In this document: in pieces, positions 31,225 to 43,816 of the stretch
Layout of the letters: each line of letters begins with the position of its first letter
Position numbering within the stretch: the stretch's first letter is position 1
Assembly (NCBI GenBank): GCA_965202585.1
Contig: OZ241828.1
Span: 61,566,001-61,630,000, forward strand
Origin: Thalia democratica
Lineage: Eukaryota
Length of the DNA: 64,000 nt
Direction of reading: 5' to 3'
Made by a program: the position numbers and the translations under genes
The notes under the pieces: model-generated
The model's database searches: none
Told to the model about the DNA's origin: nothing
Seen by the model: only the letters and a program-made list of their open reading frames with translations

Positions 31225-34062
31225 TAAAATATACTTCCATTTAATATCAAAACTTCAATTTTTTTGGTATAATGTTGTTATTTCAAATAAATGTAAACAA
31301 ATTCATACGACTTCAAGAGCTTTAATTTTTAATATAAAAAATTTCAGTAAACTTTAAAAAAAAAATCTAATAGTGAAATGACTAAGAAAAATTCTAAAAA
31401 CAGCTTGCAGAAGTGACAGTATTTAAACTCAGTTGTTCAAGAAACTTTCCAAACGTATTAATTTTTGTGTTGCAATTAAAACGAAATGACTTTACTCACT
31501 GTTGTAAAGATTAATTCAACAGTGCCACAAAGTCATTTAATTTCAATTAAACATGAATGTAAATTGCTTTTATGAGCTTAATATTTCTAGCACACACAAT
31601 TTTCAGTTGGTTTTACTAACAGTTTGAAACAATTAAGTTGCTTCTTACTATTACTTTCAGTTAATAAGCTTCGCTCTTAAAATTTTCCAGATAAGTAACT
31701 TTTTGTGTTTTAACTGAAACGAAATGACTTTATTCACTGTTGATGATAATATTCCAACAGTGCCATAAAGTCATTTTATTTCAGTTAAACATGAGTGTAA
31801 ATTACTTTTAAAGGTTTATGTTTCCAGTTTGTTTTTTCAGTAGCTCGATTTATTTTTCATTTGTTTCCAGTACAAGGGCTTTCCTTAAAAAAATTCCAAG
31901 TTAAGTAATTTTTGTTTTTCAACTAAAATGGCTTTAAATACTGGTGAAAAAAAATCACTACAACAATGCCATAAAGTCATTTTATTTCAACCAAATATGA
32001 ATAAAAACTACTTTTATGAATAATATGTGTCCTGTTCATTTTATAAGTGCTTAAAAATATATTTTAAATTTCCGTTTATACATTTGTCCCCAAAACTAAG
32101 TTTTTTTTCTTAAAATTTTCCAAATAAGTAATTTTTGTGTATTAACTAAAACGAAATGACTTTATTCACTGTTGCTAATAATATTCCAACAGTGCCATAA
32201 AGTCATTTTATTTCAGTTAAACATGAGTGAAAATTACTTTGATGAGCTATATGATTCCTTTATTTTCAAGTAGTTTCATTTATTTCTTTCAAATACTTTA
32301 GTAATTAAACTTTCAAATGAAACTTTCCAAGTTAAATAATTTTTGTGTTACAATAAAAACGAAATGACTTTATTCACTGTTGTTGACAAGTTAACTCAAC
32401 AGTGCCACAAAGTCATTTTATTTCTATTAAACAGGATTAACAAGACATATTTAAATTTATACAATTCCTATATTCTAACACATTTAAAAATTTAAGTCAA
32501 AAGACCAAAAACTGATGGCGAAGTTAAAAATAAAGTTTACCTTAAGTATCATTTCATACCAGAAATTTTGACTTACCGAAGAAACTATTATACATACTTG
32601 AGTTTAAGTTACATATATTTACATCTAATAACATCGCTGTTTTGCCAAACGCATAATAAGTTTTAAAAGCTTTAATTTTTTATATTACTAAGCATTTGAT
32701 AATACTTTAAAATAATTAGTACTAATCTTGCTTACTTTTAAAACACCAAACCAACTGAAACTAGCTTTCAAAGCCTCAATACTAGCAGCCTGAAGGTAAT
32801 TTTGTTTTTAGCTTAAACTCGAACCAAAAAAAAACGCTATCTGTCTAAAACTGTTGTTGTGTGTTCTGAATTACTTAATTTTAATACTCGTGAAACTAAT
32901 ACCTTACAACTGATTATACTGTTTTTTTTAACTTATCAAATTCTACAAAATTCCTAGCAACATTACCTTTAAACTTTTAAATTCTTACATTATTACTACA
33001 TAACTACTTGTAAAGGTTCACTTTCTATTTAAAACCAGGTAGTAATGTTCAATTTTATAAGTTTTAAATAACAGTTGTGATTAGGAATAGATTAGAACTA
33101 TATAAAAATTAGCTTCACTTAAATTTGTTAAACAGCCAGTAATTACTGTTTAGCTAATAATTAAGATATAATAAAGCAGATTCACTACTTAAGCAAATTA
33201 TTTCTAATTTTACCACTACTTATAATCTAAAACACTGTATGTTACTTAGATAATAGTTATTATAAATTAGAAGTAATATCATAATGATGATAAAAATTAG
33301 TAAGTATTAGAAATGATTTAAAGTTCTCAACGTGAATAATCTGAAATTTTAAGTACATACATATAAAAATCATTAATTTTAAACAGCTAAAATTAGATAC
33401 GAGAAAAATCTAGAAAAAATGTAAAATTTTCCGTTAGATGGTGACGCGTCAAGTAAAAAGATTTAATTTTGATAAAAAAAGTAATTTATAACTGAATTTA
33501 TAAAGTTTTTTAGTTGATTAAACATTTAATTCTGTAATTTGAACACGAAAATTTTAATCAAAACATTAGCTGTTTAATAAACAACAACAACTTACATTTT
33601 GTACTTTTTCGATTGAAATAACTAAGCTTGAAGTACTCAATGGCTAGCTTTGACTTTATATTTACAAAACTTAGTTTGTATTTTTTTTTACTAACTACTA
33701 TATACGAAAATTCTTAACCTTTCTAGGCTATGATTAAACAACATTACGGCTTTTAATATTTGTAGCTGAGATTTACTTGCTTTTGTAAATGAAACTTTAA
33801 ACCTACTGCCCATTTAAAAATCATTTTCAAAATTGGTTTTACTGAATTTATACAACTAAAGTAGCGTACTTTTCAATAATTAACTAAGTCTTCAAACACT
33901 TACATATAAAAATACTGCAAAAGTATAAAAAATGCAACTAGTACTTTTACTACAAAATATTTCAAAGTAATTTTGGTGTACTAACTAAAGTCAAATGACT
34001 TTATTCACTGTTGTTAGTATTTATTTCAACAGTGCCACAAAGTCATTTAATTTTAATCAAAC
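27145..34062 (-). ncRNA. Hairpin subfamily B, ~14 copies; predicted 5p arm ~WAAAUGACUUUAUGGCACUGUU or UAAAUGACUUUAGGCUUUGUUU
   Basis: Approximate copies: 27145-27230 and 27710-27787 (both degenerate), 28343-28421, 28721-28796, 29146-29223, 29643-29722, 30375-30453, 30780-30857, 31474-31552, 31711-31790, 31921-31995, 32143-32222, 32352-32432, 33982-34062. The AAATGACTTTA...TAAAGTCATTT arms flank variable loops. Confidence 0.78.
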
Positions 34063-35350
34063 ATGGTTAAAAACTACTTTATGATCTAAATCTTTTTAGA
34101 TAATAGTACTTTAAAACTATGTCTGCTTGTTTTATTCTATTCAATTATTTCCAGATAAATGTTTTACACAAGAATTTTGCTTAGTTAAATGTCGGGCTTT
34201 TAAATTTATTTAAAAATTCAATGAATTGAAGTTTTAAAAACTTATAATATAAGAATTTGTTTTACATTTTGCGATAAATTCTTATGTTCCTACAAGGTTG
34301 AGCATCTACACAAAATCAAAAGCTTATAGCATAGTTTGACAAAAACTCTAACATTTCGTAACTTTTTACTCAACTCTTTTAAGAGTTATGCAAAAAAGCT
34401 TTATAAGATTAACCAACCACTGTAACTTTACTTAATTGAACTTAATATGTATACTTTTCACTTAAAATTGCAACATAGATAAAACATTTGAAAAGATAAA
34501 AATTTGAATAAATAGCAGTAGCAGCATTAGCTTTAAAAACGGCCTATTTTATCTAGAAATTCCAAATTAACCTGAGTTAGCTTTCATAGCCTGAATATAG
34601 TCGCTTAACTAACTAATATTAGCTTTACTGAACCTCGTACCAAAATAAAGCATTCATATTTGTCTAAAACTGCTGTCATTTATTTCCCTTACAGCTAAAC
34701 TACAGCTTTTGTATAACAATACCATAAAATATAACTTAATTACTAACTTTTATCAAACCCAACAAAATTTATAGCAACACTACCTTTCAAACTTTTAACG
34801 TTTCATTAGTATTAGCATTCTAACTACTTCTCAAGCTTTCACTTTTGGTATAAAATCCAGTTGGCAAGGAATTCTTTTATACACATTGATAACAGTTAAT
34901 AATTAGATACTTTATTACTGCAAAAATTAGCTTCACTTATAAGTTATAAGCTAACTTTGTTAAACAGACAATAATTAAGCCTTTAACAATAGTGATAGAG
35001 CACTTTAGCAAATTATTTCCAATTTCTTTGTTTAAATCAGTGAAAAGTAGGTAGATAATAAAGTAAGGATTAAAACTGATTAGTTATGAGGATGACAGAA
35101 ATTATCAAATAGTAAATAAAACAGATTAAAACTAATTAACAAAGATTATATAACATTATAAAGGTTTATAATCGAACACTAATTTGAAACAATGAAAGTG
35201 CAAAAAGATAGTAAACTAGAGAAAAATTTTGTAAAATTTTCCATTAATCAACAACGTGTCTGTAAAAGTTTTAGTTTTAATGAAGTAAATATTTTATGAT
35301 TACTGAAAACTTATGTAATGAAATCAACATTTAATTTTATAATTTCAAAG
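32750..35350 (+). repeat. Diverged direct duplication (~32750-33560 vs ~34570-35350) following the last two B hairpins
   Basis: Colinear shared blocks: tagctttca.agcct.aata; tgtctaaaactg.tgt; tagcaaca.tacctt; aaaaattagcttcactta...tttgttaaacag; tgtaaaattttcc.tta. Confidence 0.65.
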
Positions 35351-35489
35351 CGTTAACAAATGTGGGATTTTTAGAAGGCATATGACATTTATTGTTTTTA
35401 GAAACAATTTATTGTAAAACGAAATCAATAAACAATAGTAGGCTTTTTCAAAACAATATTCCCTATTTTTTCAAAACAACACTGTTTAT

Positions 35490-35720
35490 TCGAAGGAGTT
35501 AACTTCTTTCTGATGCGTATACATCGGCGTTTCAAATACGCGTTAGTTAGCACTCGTTTTCCCGCTTGCAGATTTCAAGTTAAGATGATCAAGTGAAGTC
35601 GACTTTTCAAAAAGTTAGATTAGTTCTAGTTTCGAAAATCAAGAATATCAAATATCGAGCTTTAAACTTCGACATCGGTAATGTTTTATAGAACTTTACG
35701 ATTGTTATATTTTTTATAGA
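35490..35720. promoter_or_regulatory. CpG-enriched promoter-like patch upstream (minus-strand sense) of the hairpin cluster
   Basis: Local CpG enrichment (tgcgtatacatcggcg, tacgcgtt) and an E2F-type TTTCCCGC in otherwise very AT-rich DNA. The function is inferred. Confidence 0.3.
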
Positions 35721-38700
35721 TTCTGGTTGTGTCGTGATTTGATAGTTTCTTTCTCGGAAATTAATAATTGTTATTTTCGATCAAGTAACTTGCATTGGTT
35801 CAAAGTGCGTTTTATCCACAACTTAGGATTGAGTGACTTTAAGTAAGACCAATATTTCTAAGTTTAGTACTGTATGCTACTATTAAGTAAAGCAGTCAGT
35901 TTAGTGAGTACTTGGTGACCTTATAATTCAGACCATAAACATACCAGTATTATAAGTACATATATGTGGTTATACTTAGGATATTGTTTTTTTTTTTTAG
36001 GTTTTTCAAATAAAACGTTACTATTAAAAATGAACTAAAACAAAGACAGTTTATTTTTAGTTAACGAGCTAGTTATTGCCGATTTTATTTTGAAGTGTCT
36101 CGTTGTAGTAAATAAAACTCTTACTTAAATCAAAACATTAAAAATATATTCTACTTGAGTATATAACTAAATAAACTTTAATTTAAACTATTAATAGTGA
36201 AGTACGAAATATTCTAACTGCATATCAACAAGTCGTAACTTGTAAAAATAAAGTAATTTAAAAACTGGAAAAATATTTTTGACTAGTCTTAACCTACTAG
36301 ACTCGAAAATTAAAAAAAACGCTAAAAGATGATTTTACTCCCTAAAACGTACTAAAAATAATTCCTAAAAGGCTTCATACGTTAAGCAAAACTAGAAAAT
36401 TAATTATGTTAATAATAAGAATTATATAATACATTATTAGCTCACATATATGGCTAATAAGAAAATCATAATTTAAGCTAAAACAGTTTTTTATTTTATT
36501 ATTGCGAGGTTTATTATAAAAATTACTCAAAAGTGTACGGTACTGGTTTTATGAATAAGAAAAACGTTGAAACAGTGCATTACATATCTTGTAATGTAAA
36601 AATTAATGACTTTGATGATTGTAAAGTACAGAACTGAAAGCAAATATTTATTACATTACATAAAAACTACAATAATTTTAAAAGTTATTACCGAATGTTT
36701 TTTTCACATTAGTTCCCTTGAAAATTATGTATACGTTCATGCGTTTTTTACCACATTATTAAAAAAAATAATTTTTAATAGAAAATCTAACAAAACGAAA
36801 GATTCTTCTGTGAAAAGTATTCTACTTTCTAAAAAGAGTATTGGTAAATAAGTTTGTACAATTCTAAGCTGGAACTATTTTTCAAGCACTTTTTCGTAAA
36901 CATAACGTAAGAAAACTTTACAATAGCTTATTCTGTTTTAATTTTTCCCAACATTTTAACTGTTAGGTGTCGCTCTTTCGAGTTTTATTTGAACATTTTT
37001 CGAATCATAATACTTTCAATACTTGTCGCTTGGCGCCAATTCAATCTACTTCGACAAAACTAATGTCAGCAATTTCTCAAGAAAATCTTGATGTGTATGG
37101 TAAATTTTCTTTAACTTTTTGTCAAACTATAAAAGTATAACTTTATTTATGGGTATTTGAAAAATAAAGATTGACAATAAAATTGGTTTAATTTAATTTA
37201 GAATAATATACAACAAACTGTTTTTCATAAAATGCATTTTGATTAAATCCATAAGTAGTTTAGTTTTAAGTAATGTAAGTAGTTTTAAAAACTCTAAACT
37301 AAACTTAAAATATTTATACTTTTTGAATTGATTTTCTTTAGATTCTTCATGGAAAGCTTAAACACTGATCTAAATCTTAATACTGACTTTTTTTAATCGA
37401 TTTGCTGTATTAAATTTTTAAAGTTTGTTTGACAGACAAAATTCAACAGTCCATTTGTAAACTTTAGCAGCAATACGTTAATTTTACTTACATTATGTTT
37501 GAGTAAAAAGTACCAGCAATCTAGTTACTAAAATAAGCTTGATTGATATATACTACCAATTCTTGTTAATAGTTTCAAACTACATTAACGTTTACTTTCG
37601 ACTGAATTGAAAATATAAATTTTGTTCAAGCTAAAACACATTTTAGCTTATCTCTACATTTTGAAGAGTATAATTCGTTTAGTAGATTACTATTCAGAAG
37701 ATTTCTATACGGTTTTTATTATGTTGTCTGCTTTCGGAGCTACTCAATCTATACGTATACATTCATTTTGTTCTGATTTTTTAATTGTTATATCTTTTAT
37801 TTTTACTCTAAAAAGTTCAATTAGCGTTTTATGATACCATGAAACAACTTTAAAGTTTAATTTCCTTTCTAAACATATTTTTCAATTGTTCTTCATAAAC
37901 TACCTAATTTTGCACTTTTAATAGTTATAGTATGTCACGATAAAAACTTAGTAAAACCCAAAAACGTATAGCATATCTGAATACCGACAATCTTTTTTTT
38001 TTATTTCCATGAAATATATGTCAGTTAAACTTTTTTAAATATCTTACAATCACATAAATAAAGATCTTTTGCTAATAATTATTAATAATTTGTCACGATA
38101 TTTTTTCAAATACAACCCTAAACACGTGTATAAAATTTAAGTAGTGACAACCTGCGTACTGAGACAATTTGTAAATGTAATTTAATATTTAACCACGTAG
38201 AAGACACCTGGTTTTTTGCGTGCTTCGCAAAATGACTCAGTCAAACCGGCTCATGTAATCGAAGTTCGTGACTTTTTAGAACAATTTCAGATTACCGCGC
38301 AAGTTGATAAGTTCAATTGAATATTTACCCTTGCGCTATCTTATCTTAATATTTCGTAAGAATAGTTAAATTATATTTTAATATACTATTTCGCAATCGT
38401 AATCATAAAATTATTTAAATTTTTTACCGATTATATTTTTATGGAGCTAATAACAAACTACTTAGCTGATTACTAATATTTTTAACGACCTTGTTTAGCT
38501 ATATGATTGTTATTTTTTAGTTTCAAGTTATTTTATTAAATAGCTTTTATAACTAGTTTTAATGTTTTTGTAATTTTATTGTATATTTTAGAGTACATTT
38601 TTTATATTGGTTGTATAAACTCGGATATCAGCTAAATGTTTTATCTACAAATAATAAAGGTTTTTTAAGCGAAAGTTTAAATACTGATTAAATTATTCAA

Positions 38701-41700
38701 AACTGAAAAATAAAGACTTTTGTTTCCAAAGACTTAACTCATCAGTGATCAAAATAATTTAGTAAATCATTTAAAACAGTCTAAACTAAATCTAGGTTAA
38801 ACTGATTTTGTACAAAATACGTGACCAAGTCCAAAACATTTTATTTTTAAATACTTAATAGTATGTAATGTACTTATGAAGTAAGATTTTAAGTTTGTAT
38901 ACGTTAAGAAATGAACAACAAACGGGATTAATTTCAAAAACTAATTTTTAAAAGTTCACGAAACAGTGATGTGGAAAAGTTATCTAATAAATGTTTCTCA
39001 AAACTCTACTTAAACTCATGTGCAAAACTTTTTTAGTTTATCCAAAAAAAATTTCACCACTGGATTCTTCAAAACTAAAACTGATAAAAACTTTAAGCTT
39101 GTTTTATTTTTGTAGTTTCGAATAAGTCTCAAAATTAAATATATTAAAAATTAAAACGAACCATCTTAAATAAAGTTTGTTTTAAAACCGATGTGAAATT
39201 AGCACTTTATATTGTACAAGCTTGTTCTCAGCATTAAAATGTTCTATAAAACCTAATAACTACTAGCACATTTGCCATAACTTTCGGACTTTTTTGCCCT
39301 TTTATTTGTTTTATTATAACATTTAGGACATTTTGGTCTTTTTGGCTACTTATTGAAAAGCATGAAACTAGTTTAATTTTACAAACGACATTTTTATTTT
39401 TGCAACTAATATTTGTATTTCCCAGGCTAATCTCAAAAAACCATCTCAGTACAAAAGTCGTGACGCAAATGCGGTCAATTTTGAAAGATAATTGCAGTTT
39501 AGTCACTTTTCAAACATTTCAGAAAGCATTGTTACGTCACATTGTTCAAATGCTCCGCATACTTGACTCGTGATCATGAAGCAATAAGAACTGTTTTTTC
39601 GCGGTGACTCATTATTTTCGCAATAATATCACTATATGAGGTGTCAATATTTAAGGTTAATTAGACACATTCATTTTACTTTTAGATATTTGTTAAAGTC
39701 TTTTATAAGTTTAATGTTCTAAGTTTATAGCTTTTATTTTACGATGCTTTAGTCTTAAATAAGTTATGAAAAATGACATACTTTTGATTATTTTAAGATT
39801 TAAAAATATTTTCTGAAGTTTTAATGTAAAAAGAAAATAAGTAAAACACCACTTCAACCTTCACAATACTTTTTGTTAATATTTGTTTATTAATTGTTAA
39901 CTCTAGTTATAAAACTAATTGTCCTTACTATTATTTTTAATTTGAATTCTTTCGGAATATTTTGTTTTACTTTTTATTTTGTATAACAGATAAATAAAAA
40001 AGCAACAGTTTTATTTGTTTTTACAAGTCTTTAATCTGCTGCTTAAAAATGTTTTTTTTTTGTTAGATTAATTTTGAACTTTATAACAGCTTAGTACTTA
40101 GGTGTTTCAGATGAAAACTAAAACATTATTTGCAAAGTTTAAATAAATTAATGTATTTATATAAATGCTTAAACTAACTATTTGAACATTTTTGTAGTAC
40201 AATAAAAGAAAATGTATCAAAAAAACATTACTAAAGTGTACTTTTGTAGTTCTTAGATCAACTTCATATAATATGCTCGTATTCTGAAAAATCTTTAGGT
40301 TTTAGTTTTAACTATTCAAAATTTAAAGTTAATGGTTTGCTAATAAATATCCTAGCGAAACAAGTTCACAGGAAATATACAAATAAAAATTAAACAGTAC
40401 TCTTTCTTTATTAAACTAATACATGTTTCTGTGTGTTTACACACATAAACATGTGTTGGTTTTAGTTTTAGTAACTTTTTTAGGAAGCACAAAACTCAAA
40501 AGTCTAACTCCAGTAACTAAATTTCAATTATTGTATTTCTATTTTTACAGTTAAAGTTTTCTTTAATTTTTAAAGCATTAAATTAAGCATATAGCTTACT
40601 ACATCAAACAATGCTATATTTTTTACTAACAATTTAATTCATATTGTATGAAAAAATGTGTTTTTACCGAAGTATAAGGTATTTAACTGAAAATCAAAAC
40701 AAATTATGTTTGTCAATGGTGATAAATATGTCTCAAAATATTTTTTTTTACTGTATAATAAAGAGTGTTATTACTTTTATGGTTACTATTCTTTAATTAA
40801 CTTCTTATATAGTAAGTACTACAACTCGTTTATTCAATTTAATACATAAATGAAAACAACTTCTAGCCACTGTGTTATTATAGTTTAGTCACAAGATAAC
40901 AAAAATAATAAAAACAAGTTTACATACACGAACATGGACTGCTGTACAAACTTGAAGGTTTTATTGATTTATGTTTTGAGTGCCAAGTCACACAGTAACA
41001 AAACAATAACAAAATAATATTTTAACATAAGAACAGGCTGTAACAACTTCCAGCGTCAAGTGTAAACAATAACAACGTCATTTGGACGTGAGACTTTTGA
41101 ATTCATTGCAAGTAAACAAAAGAACCACTCAAAACTCCGTGGGGGTGGAAAAACAACTTTTTCATGGCATCTGTTTTCGCGCTCTGTATGAAACCGATCA
41201 ATCAAAACGTCCTCGAAAAATCACTTTCCGTTGTTCGCACAACAGCTGTTTTTTCGGTGGAACGTTCGAAATGTTTTGGATTAACTCTGTTTGCACACGT
41301 GTGGAGGGATTTGTGTGGAAAACAAAATTTGTGTTTTTTGCCGAATTGCAAAAAAAAAGAAGATATTCTGCAGCTTTGCAGAGATGTTTGATTTAACAGT
41401 ATGAATAAGTAAAAACAGTTTTAAATTCTTTAAAATCGGCAACACTAATGAGACTCATATTATTTGCTTAAGGTATGTCTTGGAAAAAATACAGATATTG
41501 TTTTTTTTGCTACTAACATATTCAAATAGCTTATAAGATGCTTTTTTTCTGGTAAATTTTTAACTTGTTTAAAAAGCATTTTTGTTAATAATTTTTTTTA
41601 AACTCCAATGCTTGTTTCTATTTAAAATAACTGTATAATAATGATATTTCTTGTGAAACTAAGAGTTTGTTTACATTTATATGTCTGAGTTTCTTAATAA

Positions 41701-43816
41701 AAACAAAAACAGTTATATTTGTAGATTAAAACATAATTTTAGTTGTATATATCGAACCAACTACTTATTAATTATCTAATAAAAAAAATAATAAAAACAG
41801 CAAGTTATACAAAGGAACATTTTTCAATTAACTTGATCTTGATTTTTTAAAATCCAGAGCATGTCATAGTAACTTTTATAACATAGATACTTGACTTTTT
41901 TGTAATGTTTATCTCATTAATACCAAGTTGATCCCATGTATAAACTTTACTGTAAGTAATCATAGCAAAAATTCCTATATTTGTAATAAGACAAAGTGTA
42001 CGGGCAACTTAATTTAAATAGATTTAAAAAAAACTGTGATTTTAGTTTAATTCTTATAAAAACTTCTTTTAAGCCACTAAATCTTTAAGAAAATCTAAAA
42101 ACACGTTTATTTAACGGCTTTGTTTTAAAAACGACGGGTAATTTACTTTGAATGAGTTGTAAAAATCCAAACTTAAATCCTAAAAAGGTTATAAAAACAC
42201 GTTTAATAGAATACACACTTATGTAAATATAGCTTCGGGAAAAATACTCCACGGCCAATTTAATCTAGCAGGAAAGTCATAAACTTTTATGATTTTAATT
42301 CATTGCTAGAAACGCATTCAGATTTCCAAAACGGATTTAAATAAACTTTAGAATGGGTTAAACAAATAAAACTATTGTTGGAAGTCTATTGACAAAGGAT
42401 TTTAAGTACACAATAAATTTCCTCAGTTAAACCTACGAGATTTGCAAACAGGATATGTTGTGTAATTTGTTTTTGAAAAGTACTGTTGATTGTTTAACTA
42501 AAAATTGAATTCAGTTTATAGATCTTATACTTTCTCCAGCCTGTAGTCTTCTTAATTTATTTTAAATCTGGATATCATTTTAAACTCGCATGTAATAATT
42601 AAATCTTATTTAAGCTGAAATACACTTAAGCAGGTTTACTATCTCAGTTTACTTGTACATAGTAGCTAATAAGCTTTTATACTAATTAAAGTTGTAAAGC
42701 ATATTTAACAGAAGTAAATGTGTCCAGTAAGCATGCAAGTCACTGAAAGAAAAATTTAAAACTTACACTAGATATTACAGGGTCTGTTATGAATAGTAAA
42801 AACTAAAACTTTGACCAGCATTTTTTTTTAAATTGGTCCGCGACCATACAAATCATTAAATAGTCCCTACCAAAATGATTTGTATAGACATACGTTTAAC
42901 TATGTAAAACTTTTTTATAAAACTATGAAATCTAAAAAAATAACACAAAACAAATTTTTAAAACTTTTATTTATTTGTATATAAATATACAAACAAATTT
43001 CCTATTTTATATATATATATACATCACCTCTTTATTTATGAATACGTTAAACTATTTTTTTTAAACATTTATACAAACTATTACATTATCTATTTTATTC
43101 AGTAACCATATAACGATAAAATGGAAAGAAATTCGAACATAATTGAAAGAAAATAAAAACAAAACATTTTTGTCACTTTGGGCAGATATTGATAATCTTA
43201 GGTCTCTTAATTATTACATCACAAACAAACAAACATTGATAAATGACGACTACATTCAAACATATATTCTACAGCTAACTTTTTTAAATGTGAAAGCAAA
43301 AATTTAACTTGCAAAACAGAACTCTTTTGAATTGATTTACTCAAACATTTAAAGTTACAACTAAATGCCCCTAAAACGACTAAATTTCAAAAAAGATTAA
43401 AAGAGAATTGACAAAAAGATTACAGATAGTTTTAAACACTTAAAGATGTACCGTTTATTTTTTGATGGATTAAAATTTTAAGGCATCATTAAAATATAGA
43501 TTGATTTGATATAAAATCTTAAAACTTGCTTAGGACTCAGAAAAAAATAAATCCAGGAATGAAAATTTCCAATGAAACAAAGAAATAACAAAGCTATTTA
43601 ACATATTAAACTTAATGAAACTTTATGTAAGTTCAGAATTATCACGTCATAACTTAAATGGCAAGGGGACAAAACTTAGCCGGACTGAAAAACAAAATTA
43701 AAACAAAATAAAAAGAAAAATGAAAAAAAATCTTCCTATAATCACCCTGTCTTATGCCATCTTGCTCGTCTTTCTATGACGTAATAATCCCTTACAATGT
43801 CGGTGTGACGTCATAA

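Larger units (their letters stand above)
26785..34062 (-). ncRNA. Candidate polycistronic microRNA cluster, ~25 related pri-miRNA-like hairpins in two subfamilies
   Basis: Repeated ~80-nt hairpins have ~33-35-bp stems and 10-16-nt variable loops, separated by divergent spacers. Plus-strand A.C mismatches become G.U pairs on the minus strand. Compensatory substitutions are present. Confidence 0.8.

Noticed and set aside
27350-32200. AGCAGCAUU (miR-103/107-like) and UAUGGCACUG (miR-183/263-like) strings in the hairpin arms
   Set aside because: Both sit next to the apical loop rather than at a predicted mature 5' end, so the resemblance is probably coincidental; no names were assigned.
26785-34062. 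CRISPR-like or MITE-like reading of the repeat-spacer array
   Set aside because: Eukaryotic context, no cas genes, ~80-nt repeats of two types with irregular long spacers, no TSDs, and pairing that works only on one strand through G.U.
37063-37357. Possible plus-strand mini-gene (ATG 37063, donor 37100, acceptor ~37340)
   Set aside because: The spliced product stops after 18 codons and has no recognisable homology.
41082-41396. Overlapping short ORFs in a GC-richer patch (also 57108..57296 and 56467..56664)
   Set aside because: No domain features or splice context; the patches are better explained as motif-rich non-coding DNA.
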